A stretch of DNA of 64,000 nt, from positions 1,169,329 to 1,233,328 of the forward strand of contig CP181398.1 of the NCBI GenBank assembly GCA_047946875.1. Direction: 5' to 3'. A program made the position numbers and the translations under genes. Every line of letters starts with the position of its first letter. The stretch's first letter is position 1. The notes beneath the pieces were generated by a model. It made no database searches, was not told where the DNA came from, and saw nothing but the letters and a program-made list of their open reading frames with translations. Positions 51,981-62,356 of this stretch are shown in pieces. Origin of the DNA: Candidatus Kerfeldbacteria bacterium. Its GTDB lineage: Bacteria; Patescibacteriota; Patescibacteriia; UBA10025; JAHIVO01.

Positions 51981-52334
51981 TTAGATTTTGAGGTCGTCTA
52001 CAGCTGAGGTATCAGCTTCTTCCTCTCTAGGAGCGCCAGGAGCTTTTGGACCGCCTTTGCGGAAACCTTCTGGCTCATAAATCTTCAAGTTTACTCGAGC
52101 GTGATTTTTTGCACCAACCACTCTTAGTAAAGTTCTGATAGCCTTAGCGGTTTGACCTTGTCGGCCGATAACCTGACCTAAGTCAGCAGGATTTACTTTT
52201 AAAGTGATTAAAACGCCCATTTCGTCAACCGTTCTCTCTGAGGAAACGTCCTCTGGTCGGTCAACTAGACCTTTTACTACGTACTCGACAAACTCTTTAT
52301 CTCTTGTATCGTTTGTATTTGCTTCTTCTGTCAT
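51981..52334 (-). CDS. KH-domain RNA-binding protein (YlqC/UPF0109 family) with C-terminal extension
   Basis: GQVIGRQGQTAKAIRTLL. The extension contains the ccgcctttgcgg motif (52051-52062). Confidence 0.9.
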   Translation of the reverse strand: MTEEANTNDTRDKEFVEYVVKGLVDRPEDVSSERTVDEMGVLITLKVNPADLGQVIGRQGQTAKAIRTLLRVVGAKNHARVNLKIYEPEGFRKGGPKAPGAPREEEADTSAVDDLKI

Positions 52335-52461
52335 ATAGAAATCTTTCTGTTAGTTCATCTGTTTTACTTATTAATGTACCAGCACTGTCGACCTAAAATT
52401 ACAGACTGGATATTACTATTTTCAAAGATATCATATTGGTAGTTGAGTGTCAATCAATTTT

Positions 52462-54477
52462 TTAGTAACAATTAACTGGAATATAATAGCTGCTACAAAT
52501 CATTTCGCCCCATTTATTAATTTGACATGTATTTGCTACATTTATACTAACTGATTGACTAATCTCGTGGATACCATCAGTGACTGTAGCATTAACAATA
52601 TATGATCCCGCGCTATATTTATTTGTTACCCAGCGAAAGGCATGTGAATCTGGCCAACAACCTTCCATAGATAAGAAGTTAGTATTATCAACACTATATG
52701 TAAGTTCGTCTCCTTGAGGATCAGCTGCTATTATGTTAATAATAGCATTATTTAATTCGTTGATAGAAATATTTTCAATAGGCTCTAAGGTTGGTGCACC
52801 AGTAAGTGGGTAGTTATCAATATTACCACCAGTCCCATCGATTGCAGTATAAGGTAAATCACACTTTCCATCTTGATTTATATCATTACATCCTTCATTT
52901 AGTTCATCAAAATCACTCCAGAAGTTCCCATTAATTCCATCATTATACGTACTAGAGCTTTCGTCTGTTACTTGAGTAACATTATTTACAAAATTATTCA
53001 AAGTAAAAGTTGTTGAGTCGTTATCAGATCCGATGATGACACCAGCGTTAGTTCTATTTTTGATATGGTTACCTTCAATATTAGAATTAATTGATGAATA
53101 GGTCGCTAATTCAATTCCTATAGGCCCTGTCCCAATAATTTTGTTATTGAGTATTTGATTATTTTCTGCGGGAACATTAGTTGGTGTACCATCACTCCAT
53201 AACCATATTGCTCTATCAGTAGTATCTGTAAAAGTATTATTTGAGATTTCATGATTGTTTATGCCGGGTCCAATAACAATATCATGATCACTATTTGAAA
53301 AAATATTATTAGTAATTGTATTGTTATCTGGGTAGTTTGTGCCATTTGACCAAATTAGTAATCCGTTATAAATCGCACCATTAATACTATTTTCATAAAT
53401 TTCGTTATTGGATGTAATATCTGTTAAATTTATACTTATATAATTATTTGAGATGGTATTATTGTAAATTTTATTATTAATCGTATTTCCATATGTTGTA
53501 TTAGTATCACCATAGATTATAGTTCCATATAAACCAGTGCTTGAATTTTCAATTATTTCATTATCATAAAATTCATTATTATTAGCTCCTGCTCCTAGAT
53601 AAAAAGAAGCTGGGTAATCCTCATCACCATACTCTTCAGCATATGGTAAATAGCCTAACGAATTATCATGAACCATATTGAACGAAGAGCTGTACGAAAG
53701 ATTAATTCCAAAACTATGGTAAATATTATTATCATAAATATTGTTATAGTGAGAATTTGTTAGATGCAGACTTGCTATGTCGTTACTTCCGTCACTATCA
53801 ATCGGTTTGTTTAGATAGCTAAAATCACCATTATCAGAATTAAATATTACAATAGAGCCATAGTTATAAGTAATGTTTGATAGAGTGGCATAATCAGTAT
53901 TATTTATTTGGATTGGAAAGACAAATTCATTTATAACACAATTTTTTATTGTTACATTGTTCAAATCAGCCCCGCTATCACCTTCTACTACAATTGCCGG
54001 CCATCCGCCGACCTCATTGCCAGTAGTAGAAAGAATAGCGTCATCACAATCCAAAGTTACATTATTGGCTGTGATTTTAATAAATTGATAGGTTTCACCT
54101 GGGGTATAAATATGCTCACCTACACAAAAAGTTGTATTTTCAGTAATTTCCATTCCTGCAGTCGGTGTTACACAATCCTTAAGACTGTTTGTAGTATTGT
54201 TAATAGAAAATTTTTCATTAAATAATTTATCGATGGACAAATCAATAGGGATAATTATTATTGGTTTTATAGTAGGGAATTCAACGTGAGGCGCTTTACC
54301 AATAGGTATAAATCCAGGAGTTTTTATTGGTTTAATCTCCTTTATAATTATAGGCTCTTCTAATGTATGAGGTGTAAAGCTCAATGCTTGAACTGTATTA
54401 GCACTAATCGCGAAACATACTACTAATATAGTAATAATGATTACTTGATATTTTTTTTGATTAAGGATTGTTTTCAT
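52462..54477 (-). CDS. secreted right-handed parallel beta-helix (NosD/pectate-lyase-fold) repeat protein with Ca-binding-like DxDxDG loop and C-terminal Ig-like domain
   Basis: ORF track 52462-54531. Start at MKTILNQKK (54477) gives a signal peptide ending VQA. Many N-x-I/N-N-x-I repeat rungs. DINQDGKCD. Confidence 0.75.
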   Translation of the reverse strand: MKTILNQKKYQVIIITILVVCFAISANTVQALSFTPHTLEEPIIIKEIKPIKTPGFIPIGKAPHVEFPTIKPIIIIPIDLSIDKLFNEKFSINNTTNSLKDCVTPTAGMEITENTTFCVGEHIYTPGETYQFIKITANNVTLDCDDAILSTTGNEVGGWPAIVVEGDSGADLNNVTIKNCVINEFVFPIQINNTDYATLSNITYNYGSIVIFNSDNGDFSYLNKPIDSDGSNDIASLHLTNSHYNNIYDNNIYHSFGINLSYSSSFNMVHDNSLGYLPYAEEYGDEDYPASFYLGAGANNNEFYDNEIIENSSTGLYGTIIYGDTNTTYGNTINNKIYNNTISNNYISINLTDITSNNEIYENSINGAIYNGLLIWSNGTNYPDNNTITNNIFSNSDHDIVIGPGINNHEISNNTFTDTTDRAIWLWSDGTPTNVPAENNQILNNKIIGTGPIGIELATYSSINSNIEGNHIKNRTNAGVIIGSDNDSTTFTLNNFVNNVTQVTDESSSTYNDGINGNFWSDFDELNEGCNDINQDGKCDLPYTAIDGTGGNIDNYPLTGAPTLEPIENISINELNNAIINIIAADPQGDELTYSVDNTNFLSMEGCWPDSHAFRWVTNKYSAGSYIVNATVTDGIHEISQSVSINVANTCQINKWGEMICSSYYIPVNCY

Positions 54478-54617
54478 AGATTTGTTTATTATCGTTAAAA
54501 TATAAAAAATCTTCAATGTAAATTTATACACTCAAGTTTAAAATAAAGTTAGACCCTCCAATCAAACGTTTATACATATAATATATTTAGTGAAGGAATC
54601 TTTTTTATTATTTGGTT

Positions 54618-55049
54618 TTATTTTTTGTCGTCTTCTTCTGAACTTGTTTTAGGATCTATTATCTTTTCAGCTGGCTGTTCTTTTTTTTCTTCTGCTTTTG
54701 GAGTTTCTTTTACTTCAGGTTTTTTTTCGGAAGTTTCTGCAGCTGGTTTTGCTTCACCTTCTGCTTTATCGTCTTCTTTCTTCTTTTTAATGTTAGCGAC
54801 TTTAATTTTTTCTGCAGAAATAATTTTTTTATCTACCAAAAGATTATGAACAGTTCCAGATGTTTGTGCACCTTTACTAATCCAATATTTAATACGTTCT
54901 TCGTTCAATTCGGACGTATCTGTATGTGGGTTATATTGACCGAGTAATTCTAAATAGTTTCCGACTGTATCTTTTTGATGTTCGGAAATTACTACTCTAT
55001 AAACCGGATGTTTTTTCTTGCCGAAGCGAGATAATCTTATTGTTAACAT
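54618..55049 (-). CDS. rpsP: 30S ribosomal protein S16 with K/E-rich C-terminal extension
   Basis: MLTIRLSRFGKKKHPVYRVV... Confidence 0.95.
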   Translation of the reverse strand: MLTIRLSRFGKKKHPVYRVVISEHQKDTVGNYLELLGQYNPHTDTSELNEERIKYWISKGAQTSGTVHNLLVDKKIISAEKIKVANIKKKKEDDKAEGEAKPAAETSEKKPEVKETPKAEEKKEQPAEKIIDPKTSSEEDDKK

Positions 55050-55156
55050 AGTATTTTTGTATCTTGTATCTTAATTGATTCTTATTAGCTTGTCAACTTG
55101 TCTATAGCAGACAACCCTCTTTATTGATATATAATAGAGGTTTTTTAATAAATAGT

Positions 55157-57826
55157 CTAATTATTAGCTATTACTTGTTCTGCTTCTTGCATATTGATAG
55201 AAAGAAGCTTAGAAACGCCATCATCACCCATCGTAACTCCATAAAGAGTATGGGCTTCTTCCATCGTAGCTCGGTTATGAGTAATAACTATGAATTGTGA
55301 TTTTGTTGATAATTTTTTAACGATTGAAGCAAATCTGATTGAATTTGATTCATCCAAAGCAGCATCAACTTCATCTAAGACAACAAATGGTGAAGGATTG
55401 TTATGGATAATTGCACAAATTAGAGCAATGGACGTTAAAGCTCTTTCACCTCCTGACAACATGCTGATTCCTTGCATTTTTTTGCCCGGTGGAGTGGCTT
55501 TCATATCTATACCTGTAATTACTTTTTCTCCTCTTGATTGTTGTGGTACTTCTTTTTTGATTTCTTCTTCAGAATTTTCGGAATCATCATCTTCGTCTTC
55601 ATTATCATCTTCAGAAGATTCTTCCATTACTATTTGTTTATATTCTTTAATCAAATTGAGACTAGCGGCCCCACCATTAAATAATATCTTGAAGTATTCT
55701 GAAAATTGTTTGTTAATGTTTTCAAAAGCTATGCTAAATTGTTTTTTAATGGTTTCATCTAGACTATCTATTACTTGTTCCAAATCTTCTATCGCTTTAT
55801 TCAAATCTTCTGTTTGGTCTGATAGAAAATCAAATCGTTCTTTGGTTTCTTTGTATTCTTGGCTTACTTGAGGATCAATCCCACCAATTAGTTCTAATGT
55901 TTTTTTTAATTTTTGTATTTCAGAAAAAAGTTCCGTATTAACCGGAGGAGGGGTTTTTACTTTATAAATAACATTTCTTTCTTCATCATTTAGCTCATCA
56001 ATCATTTCTTTTTCTAGGTCTTCCAATCTTGTTTCCAGCTTAGCTAGTTCAATTTTAATATTATTAATGTCAGCAATAATCTTATTTAGCTCTTCTTGTT
56101 TTGATGAATATGTGTTTTGCAGTGAAAAAACCTTTTCTTTTTTATCTTGTTCAGCTTGATTAAAATTACCGAGCTGATTATTGATTTTTTGTAAACTAGC
56201 TTCAGTATTTTTTATCTTTTCATTTAGTTCTTGATCTTCTTTGGCTAGGTCAGTAGCAATTTCCTGAGGTGTTTTGTTTGATTTAGCCAAATCTAATTCT
56301 TTTGTAATTTTGTTTAATTCATCTTCTTGTTCAGAAATTGTATTTGTACTTAACAATTTCTTTTCCTTAGAAATTTGTAGAGCTACTTGTTTTTCATTAA
56401 TAATTGATACATAATCATTTTTTGAATTAAGTAGTTTGGTGATTTGATCTTGTAGGGAAATAATTTCATGAGGATCGCCAATGCCTGAGTCACTCAATTT
56501 ATGATTAAGTTGTGCTAACTTGCTGGTAATAATTTTCGCTTCTGCAATTATGGTTTGTAAATCATCAATATTTTGAGCAGCTTCAATTTTTTCTAAAATT
56601 ATTTTTTGTTCAAAGTAAATGCTTGCAATATTTTCAGCAACTTCGGGTATGGCAATAGTTTTATTGTTGGCTAATTTATTTTTTGCAACTGCCAACTTAT
56701 CTTCAATATCTTTGTATTGATTATCTAATTTATCTTGCTCACCTTCTGACTCGCTTAGTTCTTTATTTAATTTATTTATTTTATGATCTAAATTTTGATT
56801 GTCTTGTTTTGATTTATCAATTTCAGATTTTATTTGTTCTTGTTTTTTTTCTAGCCAAACTAGATCAAAATCACCTGCTTTTTTTCTGTCAATTTCTGTT
56901 CTACCTTTTACCACAGTCTGTTCGCGCAATAATTTATTTTTTTCTTCAATAATTTGATCATATTTCTTTTGTAGATTTTCAAAATCTTCTTGACGAGAAG
57001 TCCCCATAGCTAACTGTTGCATTTTTTTTTGAATTTCATTTAGTTCATTGTCTGTTTGTTTTCTTGTTTCTTCAATTTTTGAAAATTTTTCTTCTTCAAG
57101 TTTATGATTTTTTTTATGGTCATGCCATAGTCCCGCATAATATTTATGTTGAATTTCTTTGAGTTGCTTAGTAACTTCCTCTCTTTTTTCCAAACGGTTG
57201 ACTTGCCTAGTCAAAGATCGTAACCGTGGTTCAATCTCTTGCATTAACATATCTCCTTGTTTGAGATTTTCTTTGGTTTGTCGTAGTTTATTAATTGCTT
57301 GGTCTTTTTTTATTTGGAATTGTCGGACACCAGCCGCTTCATCAAAGTATTCTTTTCTTTGGGCAGGTGTGGCCGAGAGAAATAGATCTACTGTCCCTTG
57401 GCTAATAATACTGTAACTACGCTGTCCAAAGTTAGATTTAGCCAAAAGCATAAGGATGTCTTGTAATCGAACTTTATTTTTGTTAATAAAATATTCGCCA
57501 TTACCATCACGATAAATTCGTCGAGAAATTATAATTTCTGGGTAGTCAATTGGAGCTTGATGGTCTTGGTTGTCCAAATGCAAATCAACTTGGCAATAGC
57601 CAAGTCTAGTTTTTTTGTCTGAGCCAGCAAAAATGACATCACCTGATTTTTTACCACGTAATGTTTTTAGACTTTGTTCGCCAAGCACCCATCTGATTGC
57701 GTCAGCCGCATTTGATTTACCTGATCCATTAGGACCGACAATAGCAGTGATACCTGGGGTAAATTCAAGTGATGTTTTATTGGCAAATGATTTGAAACCT
57801 TGAATTACAAGTTTTTGGAGATGCAT
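55157..57826 (-). CDS. smc: SMC chromosome-condensation ATPase (short form, 889 aa)
   Basis: N-terminal GPNGSGKSN, long coiled coil, C-terminal LSGGE and VLDEVDAALD. TTACAC-17-TAGAAT promoter upstream. Confidence 0.9.
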   Translation of the reverse strand: MHLQKLVIQGFKSFANKTSLEFTPGITAIVGPNGSGKSNAADAIRWVLGEQSLKTLRGKKSGDVIFAGSDKKTRLGYCQVDLHLDNQDHQAPIDYPEIIISRRIYRDGNGEYFINKNKVRLQDILMLLAKSNFGQRSYSIISQGTVDLFLSATPAQRKEYFDEAAGVRQFQIKKDQAINKLRQTKENLKQGDMLMQEIEPRLRSLTRQVNRLEKREEVTKQLKEIQHKYYAGLWHDHKKNHKLEEEKFSKIEETRKQTDNELNEIQKKMQQLAMGTSRQEDFENLQKKYDQIIEEKNKLLREQTVVKGRTEIDRKKAGDFDLVWLEKKQEQIKSEIDKSKQDNQNLDHKINKLNKELSESEGEQDKLDNQYKDIEDKLAVAKNKLANNKTIAIPEVAENIASIYFEQKIILEKIEAAQNIDDLQTIIAEAKIITSKLAQLNHKLSDSGIGDPHEIISLQDQITKLLNSKNDYVSIINEKQVALQISKEKKLLSTNTISEQEDELNKITKELDLAKSNKTPQEIATDLAKEDQELNEKIKNTEASLQKINNQLGNFNQAEQDKKEKVFSLQNTYSSKQEELNKIIADINNIKIELAKLETRLEDLEKEMIDELNDEERNVIYKVKTPPPVNTELFSEIQKLKKTLELIGGIDPQVSQEYKETKERFDFLSDQTEDLNKAIEDLEQVIDSLDETIKKQFSIAFENINKQFSEYFKILFNGGAASLNLIKEYKQIVMEESSEDDNEDEDDDSENSEEEIKKEVPQQSRGEKVITGIDMKATPPGKKMQGISMLSGGERALTSIALICAIIHNNPSPFVVLDEVDAALDESNSIRFASIVKKLSTKSQFIVITHNRATMEEAHTLYGVTMGDDGVSKLLSINMQEAEQVIANN

Positions 57827-58003
57827 TTTATTTTTTAGATTTATTCTATCTTCGAGTATAAGAGAGTGTAATAAATATCTATGAGACCCTTCGCTTAATA
57901 CTCAGGGTTTTTCAGTAAATTTATTAATTTACTGAAAAAGATTTAAAGAGGTTTAACCCCTCATATTGCAAGATAATAACATAATTTAGACCTTTTTGCA
58001 AAT

Positions 58004-58034
58004 AAAAAAACCGCCGAAATATTGCTTTCGACGG
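58004..58034 (-). terminator. Rho-independent terminator after pyrB-pyrI
   Basis: CCGTCGAAA / TTTCGGCGG stem followed by U7 on the minus strand. Confidence 0.7.
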
Positions 58035-58058
58035 TAATAGTTGAGAAGTTTATTCGAA

Positions 58059-59540
58059 TTATGTAGCTGAGTGTGGAACTAAGCTTTCATGATTGAATAC
58101 CCTTTCACAGTAGTGACAACGACATGGACTAGTAGGATTATCCCGGTCATTGACAATAAAAATAGTATTGGCTTCTGGGTCATTATTGGTGATACAGTCT
58201 TCATTAGGACATCCGAAGACATTTTTGATATGAGATGGAGTTTTAAAGCTCTTCTTAATCTTCATATCATTACCCGGTAAAATATTGATTGATATTTCAG
58301 GATAAATGAATTGAGCAGTAGCCGCGACAATGTCGTCCATTGTTACTTCAGGTAATAGTAAGACATCTTTTTGGCCTTCATATTTACGTGAATTAACATA
58401 TTGAACTAATTGACGAGGATGTTCTCCTGTTATGCATGAGGTTGATTCAAGTAAATGAATTAGTTTGACCACTTCACCAGGAGGAATATGATCTATAACT
58501 GTACCCCGTTTAATGGGTTGAAAATACCTAACTGGTTTTTGAGAATCACCGACAGGTATTTCTTTTTCATTTTTTAGTAAGTCTACATCGATCACTAAGT
58601 CACCTAAGCCAAAGAATGGTTCCATTAATGATCGTACGCTTAGACTCATTCTGGCAGGGACGCCATTTTCTGCTTGCTCCCAAGCAACTAGACGAGGATC
58701 TGATTTTATATCAGGAGCAATTTCCTCGACCGAAGGAAGTGGGTGCATGACAATAACATCTTTTTTCCAGGAATCCAAGACCGCTTTGTTGATAATGAAT
58801 TGACCCTGGCAAGCTTTACGCAAGATTGGATCGATAATGCGTTCGAGTTGTGAGCGCTGGACATAAACAACATCACAAGATGCTAAGTCGTCCATTGAAT
58901 CACTTTCTGAAATAATATGGAGACCCACTTTCGCGTGATTTGGCATTTCCGCGCCTTTTGGTGATACCAAAACCGTTTCAATTCCTGAAAAATTACTTAG
59001 AGCTCTACTGAGAGAGGTACCAGTGCGCCCATTACCCAAATCTCCTAAGTAACCAATGCGGAAATTATTTAAACGACCCAATTTTCGTTTAATAGTAAGT
59101 AGATCAAGAAGAGTTTGTGTTGGGTGTTGATTACGTCCATCACCTCCGTTGATAACACACATATTTCTGCCATACTTTTCAACAATTTCGGCTATCCAAC
59201 GAGGACCGCCTTCAAGTGTAGTTCTGAGGACACAGATGTCAGCACCTTGTCCGGCAATCATTCTGGCGGTGTCGGCCAAACTCTCTTTTTTCATTAATGA
59301 CGTGCCTTCTGCACCTGAGAATTCATCAATTCGTAAACCCAAATTGAGAAAAGCTTGTTTAAACGATTTGTGAGTTCTGGTGCTTGGTTCAAAGAAAGCG
59401 AGAACGCCTTTTTTTTCAGGAAATTTTGCAGTATAGGTTCTATCCCTAGCGAATTGAACCATTTCATTAGCCTGTCTTACTAGAGCTAATATTTCGTCTG
59501 CATTTTTGAAATCATTAGTACTCAAAATATGCGAATTCAT
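58059..59540 (-). CDS. pyrB: aspartate carbamoyltransferase catalytic chain fused to regulatory chain (PyrB-PyrI fusion)
   Basis: STRT, HPTQ and HPLP catalytic motifs. The C-terminal ~160 aa match PyrI (KRGTVIDHIPPG...CPNEDCITN...CRCHYCE zinc domain). Confidence 0.9.
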   Translation of the reverse strand: MNSHILSTNDFKNADEILALVRQANEMVQFARDRTYTAKFPEKKGVLAFFEPSTRTHKSFKQAFLNLGLRIDEFSGAEGTSLMKKESLADTARMIAGQGADICVLRTTLEGGPRWIAEIVEKYGRNMCVINGGDGRNQHPTQTLLDLLTIKRKLGRLNNFRIGYLGDLGNGRTGTSLSRALSNFSGIETVLVSPKGAEMPNHAKVGLHIISESDSMDDLASCDVVYVQRSQLERIIDPILRKACQGQFIINKAVLDSWKKDVIVMHPLPSVEEIAPDIKSDPRLVAWEQAENGVPARMSLSVRSLMEPFFGLGDLVIDVDLLKNEKEIPVGDSQKPVRYFQPIKRGTVIDHIPPGEVVKLIHLLESTSCITGEHPRQLVQYVNSRKYEGQKDVLLLPEVTMDDIVAATAQFIYPEISINILPGNDMKIKKSFKTPSHIKNVFGCPNEDCITNNDPEANTIFIVNDRDNPTSPCRCHYCERVFNHESLVPHSAT

Positions 59541-59789
59541 AAAATACTCCTCCCTCCATATGGGGGTGGTTAAGTTGTTAATATTCTTTCTTTATTTTTG
59601 TATTATTTTTTGAATTCAAGCTTTATATCAGCTCAAATTATTAAAACATTACCATAAGCAATAACTATGGTCAAGGTTTTAGGTGTATTGAGGTTTATTT
59701 CATGATTTTTTTGCTAATATTAGCAATAATACTAAATAATAAAAAACCCGTTGTATTAAATACAAACGGGTATAATTTTTTGGTAAGTA

Positions 59790-60002
59790 TTAATCAAAAA
59801 ATACTTCAGTTCCTCCACCAAAGGAGTGCAATTTTCCACTAACAGTTGTGTGGATATAATTTTGTTGTTTGTGCTTTGTGATGAGTTGAGGACTGTCTAC
59901 CGCACTATTGTTTAAGAAGCCACTGTCTCTGACCACAACTCGTAACGTTTTGTTGGTATTAGTTGAAAGTTTGTCAGGTGTAAGCTAATTTACTTTTTCC
60001 AT
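59790..60002 (-). pseudogene. 71-codon reading frame interrupted by an in-frame TAG at codon 6
   Basis: Own translation: MEKVN*LTPDKLSTNTNKTLRVVVRDSGFLNNSAVDSPQLITKHKQQNYIHTTVSGKLHSFGGGTEVFFD. AAGGA upstream of the ATG. Flanked by a promoter-like TTGAC and hairpin terminators. Confidence 0.35.
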
Positions 60003-60134
60003 TTTACTATCCTTGTTTTTTTAAGGTTCAATTTGATTTTATATAAATTAGCATTAACTAAGTATATAGTCAAATATTTAGGTATAAAAAAACGAGGTTT
60101 AGAATATAAACCTCGTTATAGAACTGTAATGTAT

Positions 60135-60803
60135 TTAGTGCTGATTATCCGCGATGAATTTTTTTACATCTTCTAATTCATCTGCTGATATCATACCCTC
60201 GTTAAAGAACATATCCGCTACTTTCAAAATTGGAAAAAGCGATTCAGTTTGATAACCATCATTACTTAAAGATTTAAGGCCTCCTTGTTGCCTGTCAAAA
60301 GCAACTAGGGTAATGATTGATTCGGGTGGGAAACCACTGACTTCCAAACGACGAATAGCATCTCGTTTACTATCCGATGTAGTAATTACATCGTCTAGGA
60401 GATAGACCAGATCGCCAGGCTGATAACCTCCGATCACGAAGGTTTTACTGTCACCAGATCCATAAGCTTTTGGTTGATGACGTAACGCGATAAGTTGCCA
60501 GTCCCAACCGGATTCATGTGCCAACATAACTGTGGCAGTTCCTAATGGGTTTGCCGCTTCTGGAATTCCACAGATGAGCACGCGCCCGCTGTGGTCTTTT
60601 GGAATTAAGGATAGTATTTTATCCATAAATAATTTTCCAAAGCCATTCAGTAGTCCGGGAATAGCCCACATCTTGTCACGTAGATCTACGTAGATTGGTG
60701 ACATGCTACCATCTTTTAACTTAGTTAAGGTGCCAACCTTAATAAGGTTATCTTCTCGGAGTATTTTTAAAAACTCCAAATGTTGGGTAATGTCAAATGA
60801 CAT
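60135..60803 (-). CDS. pyrE: orotate phosphoribosyltransferase-like type I PRTase
   Basis: PRPP-binding motif VYLLDDVITTSDSK. Sits between pyrB and pyrF. Confidence 0.8.
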   Translation of the reverse strand: MSFDITQHLEFLKILREDNLIKVGTLTKLKDGSMSPIYVDLRDKMWAIPGLLNGFGKLFMDKILSLIPKDHSGRVLICGIPEAANPLGTATVMLAHESGWDWQLIALRHQPKAYGSGDSKTFVIGGYQPGDLVYLLDDVITTSDSKRDAIRRLEVSGFPPESIITLVAFDRQQGGLKSLSNDGYQTESLFPILKVADMFFNEGMISADELEDVKKFIADNQH

Positions 60804-60821
60804 AATTAAAGAACTCTCTTT

Positions 60822-61745
60822 CTATACCGATGGAGTGCGGTATTTGTTAATTTCGTTTTTGGTTTTTTCAGCTTCTGCGGCAGCGGCGGTGGCATAATCT
60901 TCACCGTTAGATGCGTAGAGGACTGAACGTGAGACGTTGATCATAGCGAGACCATCACCATTGTTTTCGACAGTTGCCTTTAGATTACCTTCTTGTTTAC
61001 CGATACCTGGTATTAGCAAGACAACTTCATTACCGACCAACTGTCTTACTTCGCCGAGTTCTTTGGGGTGAGTAGCACCAGTTACCAAACCTAGTTGGCC
61101 TTCCCATATTTCAGTACGTTTGAATTCGTAACCGAAGAAATTAATCCCTTTGGTCAGAACTTCGGCAACCCATAGGTAATAGGGAATTTTACGGTCGGCA
61201 CAATCACCCACTGAATCAGGAAGTAGAACTGATACGTTTTGAAAAATCGTCGCATCTTTATTTGAAGTGACACAAAGCGCAATTATACCTAGCCCAGCCT
61301 TCAGAAATGGTTCTAGGGTATGTGGACCGAGATACGGATTGACCGTAACCACATCGGCGCCTAACTCTTTTAGAGATAGGGCATAGTGATCGGCAGTGTT
61401 ACCGATATCACCACGTTTCCCATCAAGTACTAGGACGTGATCAGGATAGTTTTCTTTGATGTAAGCACAAAGTTTTGTGAGTACATCTGCCCCGGCCATA
61501 CCGAAGCTTTCGAAGAATCCCATATTAGGTTTGAAAGCACAACAGTGTTGAGCAGTGGCATCTACGATGTCGACACAGAATCTGTAGACTACCGAGAAGT
61601 CACGCCATTCTTCATTCTTGGCATATTTTTCAGGATACATATCCCAAAGGCAAGTCGGGATTTGTTTTCTGTTAGGATCTATTCCTACACAGACAAGGCT
61701 ATTATATTTTTCAATAGCCAGTTTCAGTTTTTCCGAAAAAGTCAT
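60822..61745 (-). CDS. pyrF: orotidine 5'-phosphate decarboxylase (long, type 2)
   Basis: VGIDP..., DGKRGDIGNT, overall type-2 OMPDC pattern. Confidence 0.85.
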   Translation of the reverse strand: MTFSEKLKLAIEKYNSLVCVGIDPNRKQIPTCLWDMYPEKYAKNEEWRDFSVVYRFCVDIVDATAQHCCAFKPNMGFFESFGMAGADVLTKLCAYIKENYPDHVLVLDGKRGDIGNTADHYALSLKELGADVVTVNPYLGPHTLEPFLKAGLGIIALCVTSNKDATIFQNVSVLLPDSVGDCADRKIPYYLWVAEVLTKGINFFGYEFKRTEIWEGQLGLVTGATHPKELGEVRQLVGNEVVLLIPGIGKQEGNLKATVENNGDGLAMINVSRSVLYASNGEDYATAAAAEAEKTKNEINKYRTPSV

Positions 61746-61882
61746 TAGAACCTCCGTATAAATTGTTAATGTTGCAGTTTTTTTATTTATTTAATTTAAA
61801 ATAACTTAACATTTTTTAAATTAATAGTCAATAAAGAATCCTACTAAATTAATTTAGTAGGATTAAATTTTCTCTCCCAATA

Positions 61883-62356
61883 TTACTCAGGAAGAACAAT
61901 CTTATTATCTTGTAAGATCTGTTCAATTTTTTGAAAATCATTTTCGGACAAGGTATTATCTTTCGTATGAATTTCTCTTCTATCCAAGAGAATGCGGGGA
62001 GTTTCTTCTCCTTCAAAGAGGACAACGTGCAGAATTTCCCTGCGAAGGGATTCCGCATCGATATGAATAATAAAGGCACTTGCCTTTATCTGATAATGAT
62101 GCCAATGTCCTTGTTTTCGGAAATCACTACCTTCTTCCATATCAGGAATATAAGGAAGATTTTTTGAAGGAATATCAACACCAAACATCAAAAAGATTTG
62201 TTCGGCTTTCTTTTCCCCGTCTGGCAATGGAATCATGCGTGCATTATCATTATTGCTGACACCGCGGAAACCAAGGCTTTCTGTTGGTGCACAGTAGTTA
62301 ATACCGGCTACTATGTTCATTGCAATATCTGCTGACATTATTAACTCCTTTTTCAA
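61883..62356 (-). CDS. hypothetical protein (157 aa), monocistronic
   Basis: ORF track. Own TTGACA promoter (~62430-62455, minus strand) and a 28-bp palindromic terminator (61838-61865). Confidence 0.55.
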   Translation of the reverse strand: MKKELIMSADIAMNIVAGINYCAPTESLGFRGVSNNDNARMIPLPDGEKKAEQIFLMFGVDIPSKNLPYIPDMEEGSDFRKQGHWHHYQIKASAFIIHIDAESLRREILHVVLFEGEETPRILLDRREIHTKDNTLSENDFQKIEQILQDNKIVLPE

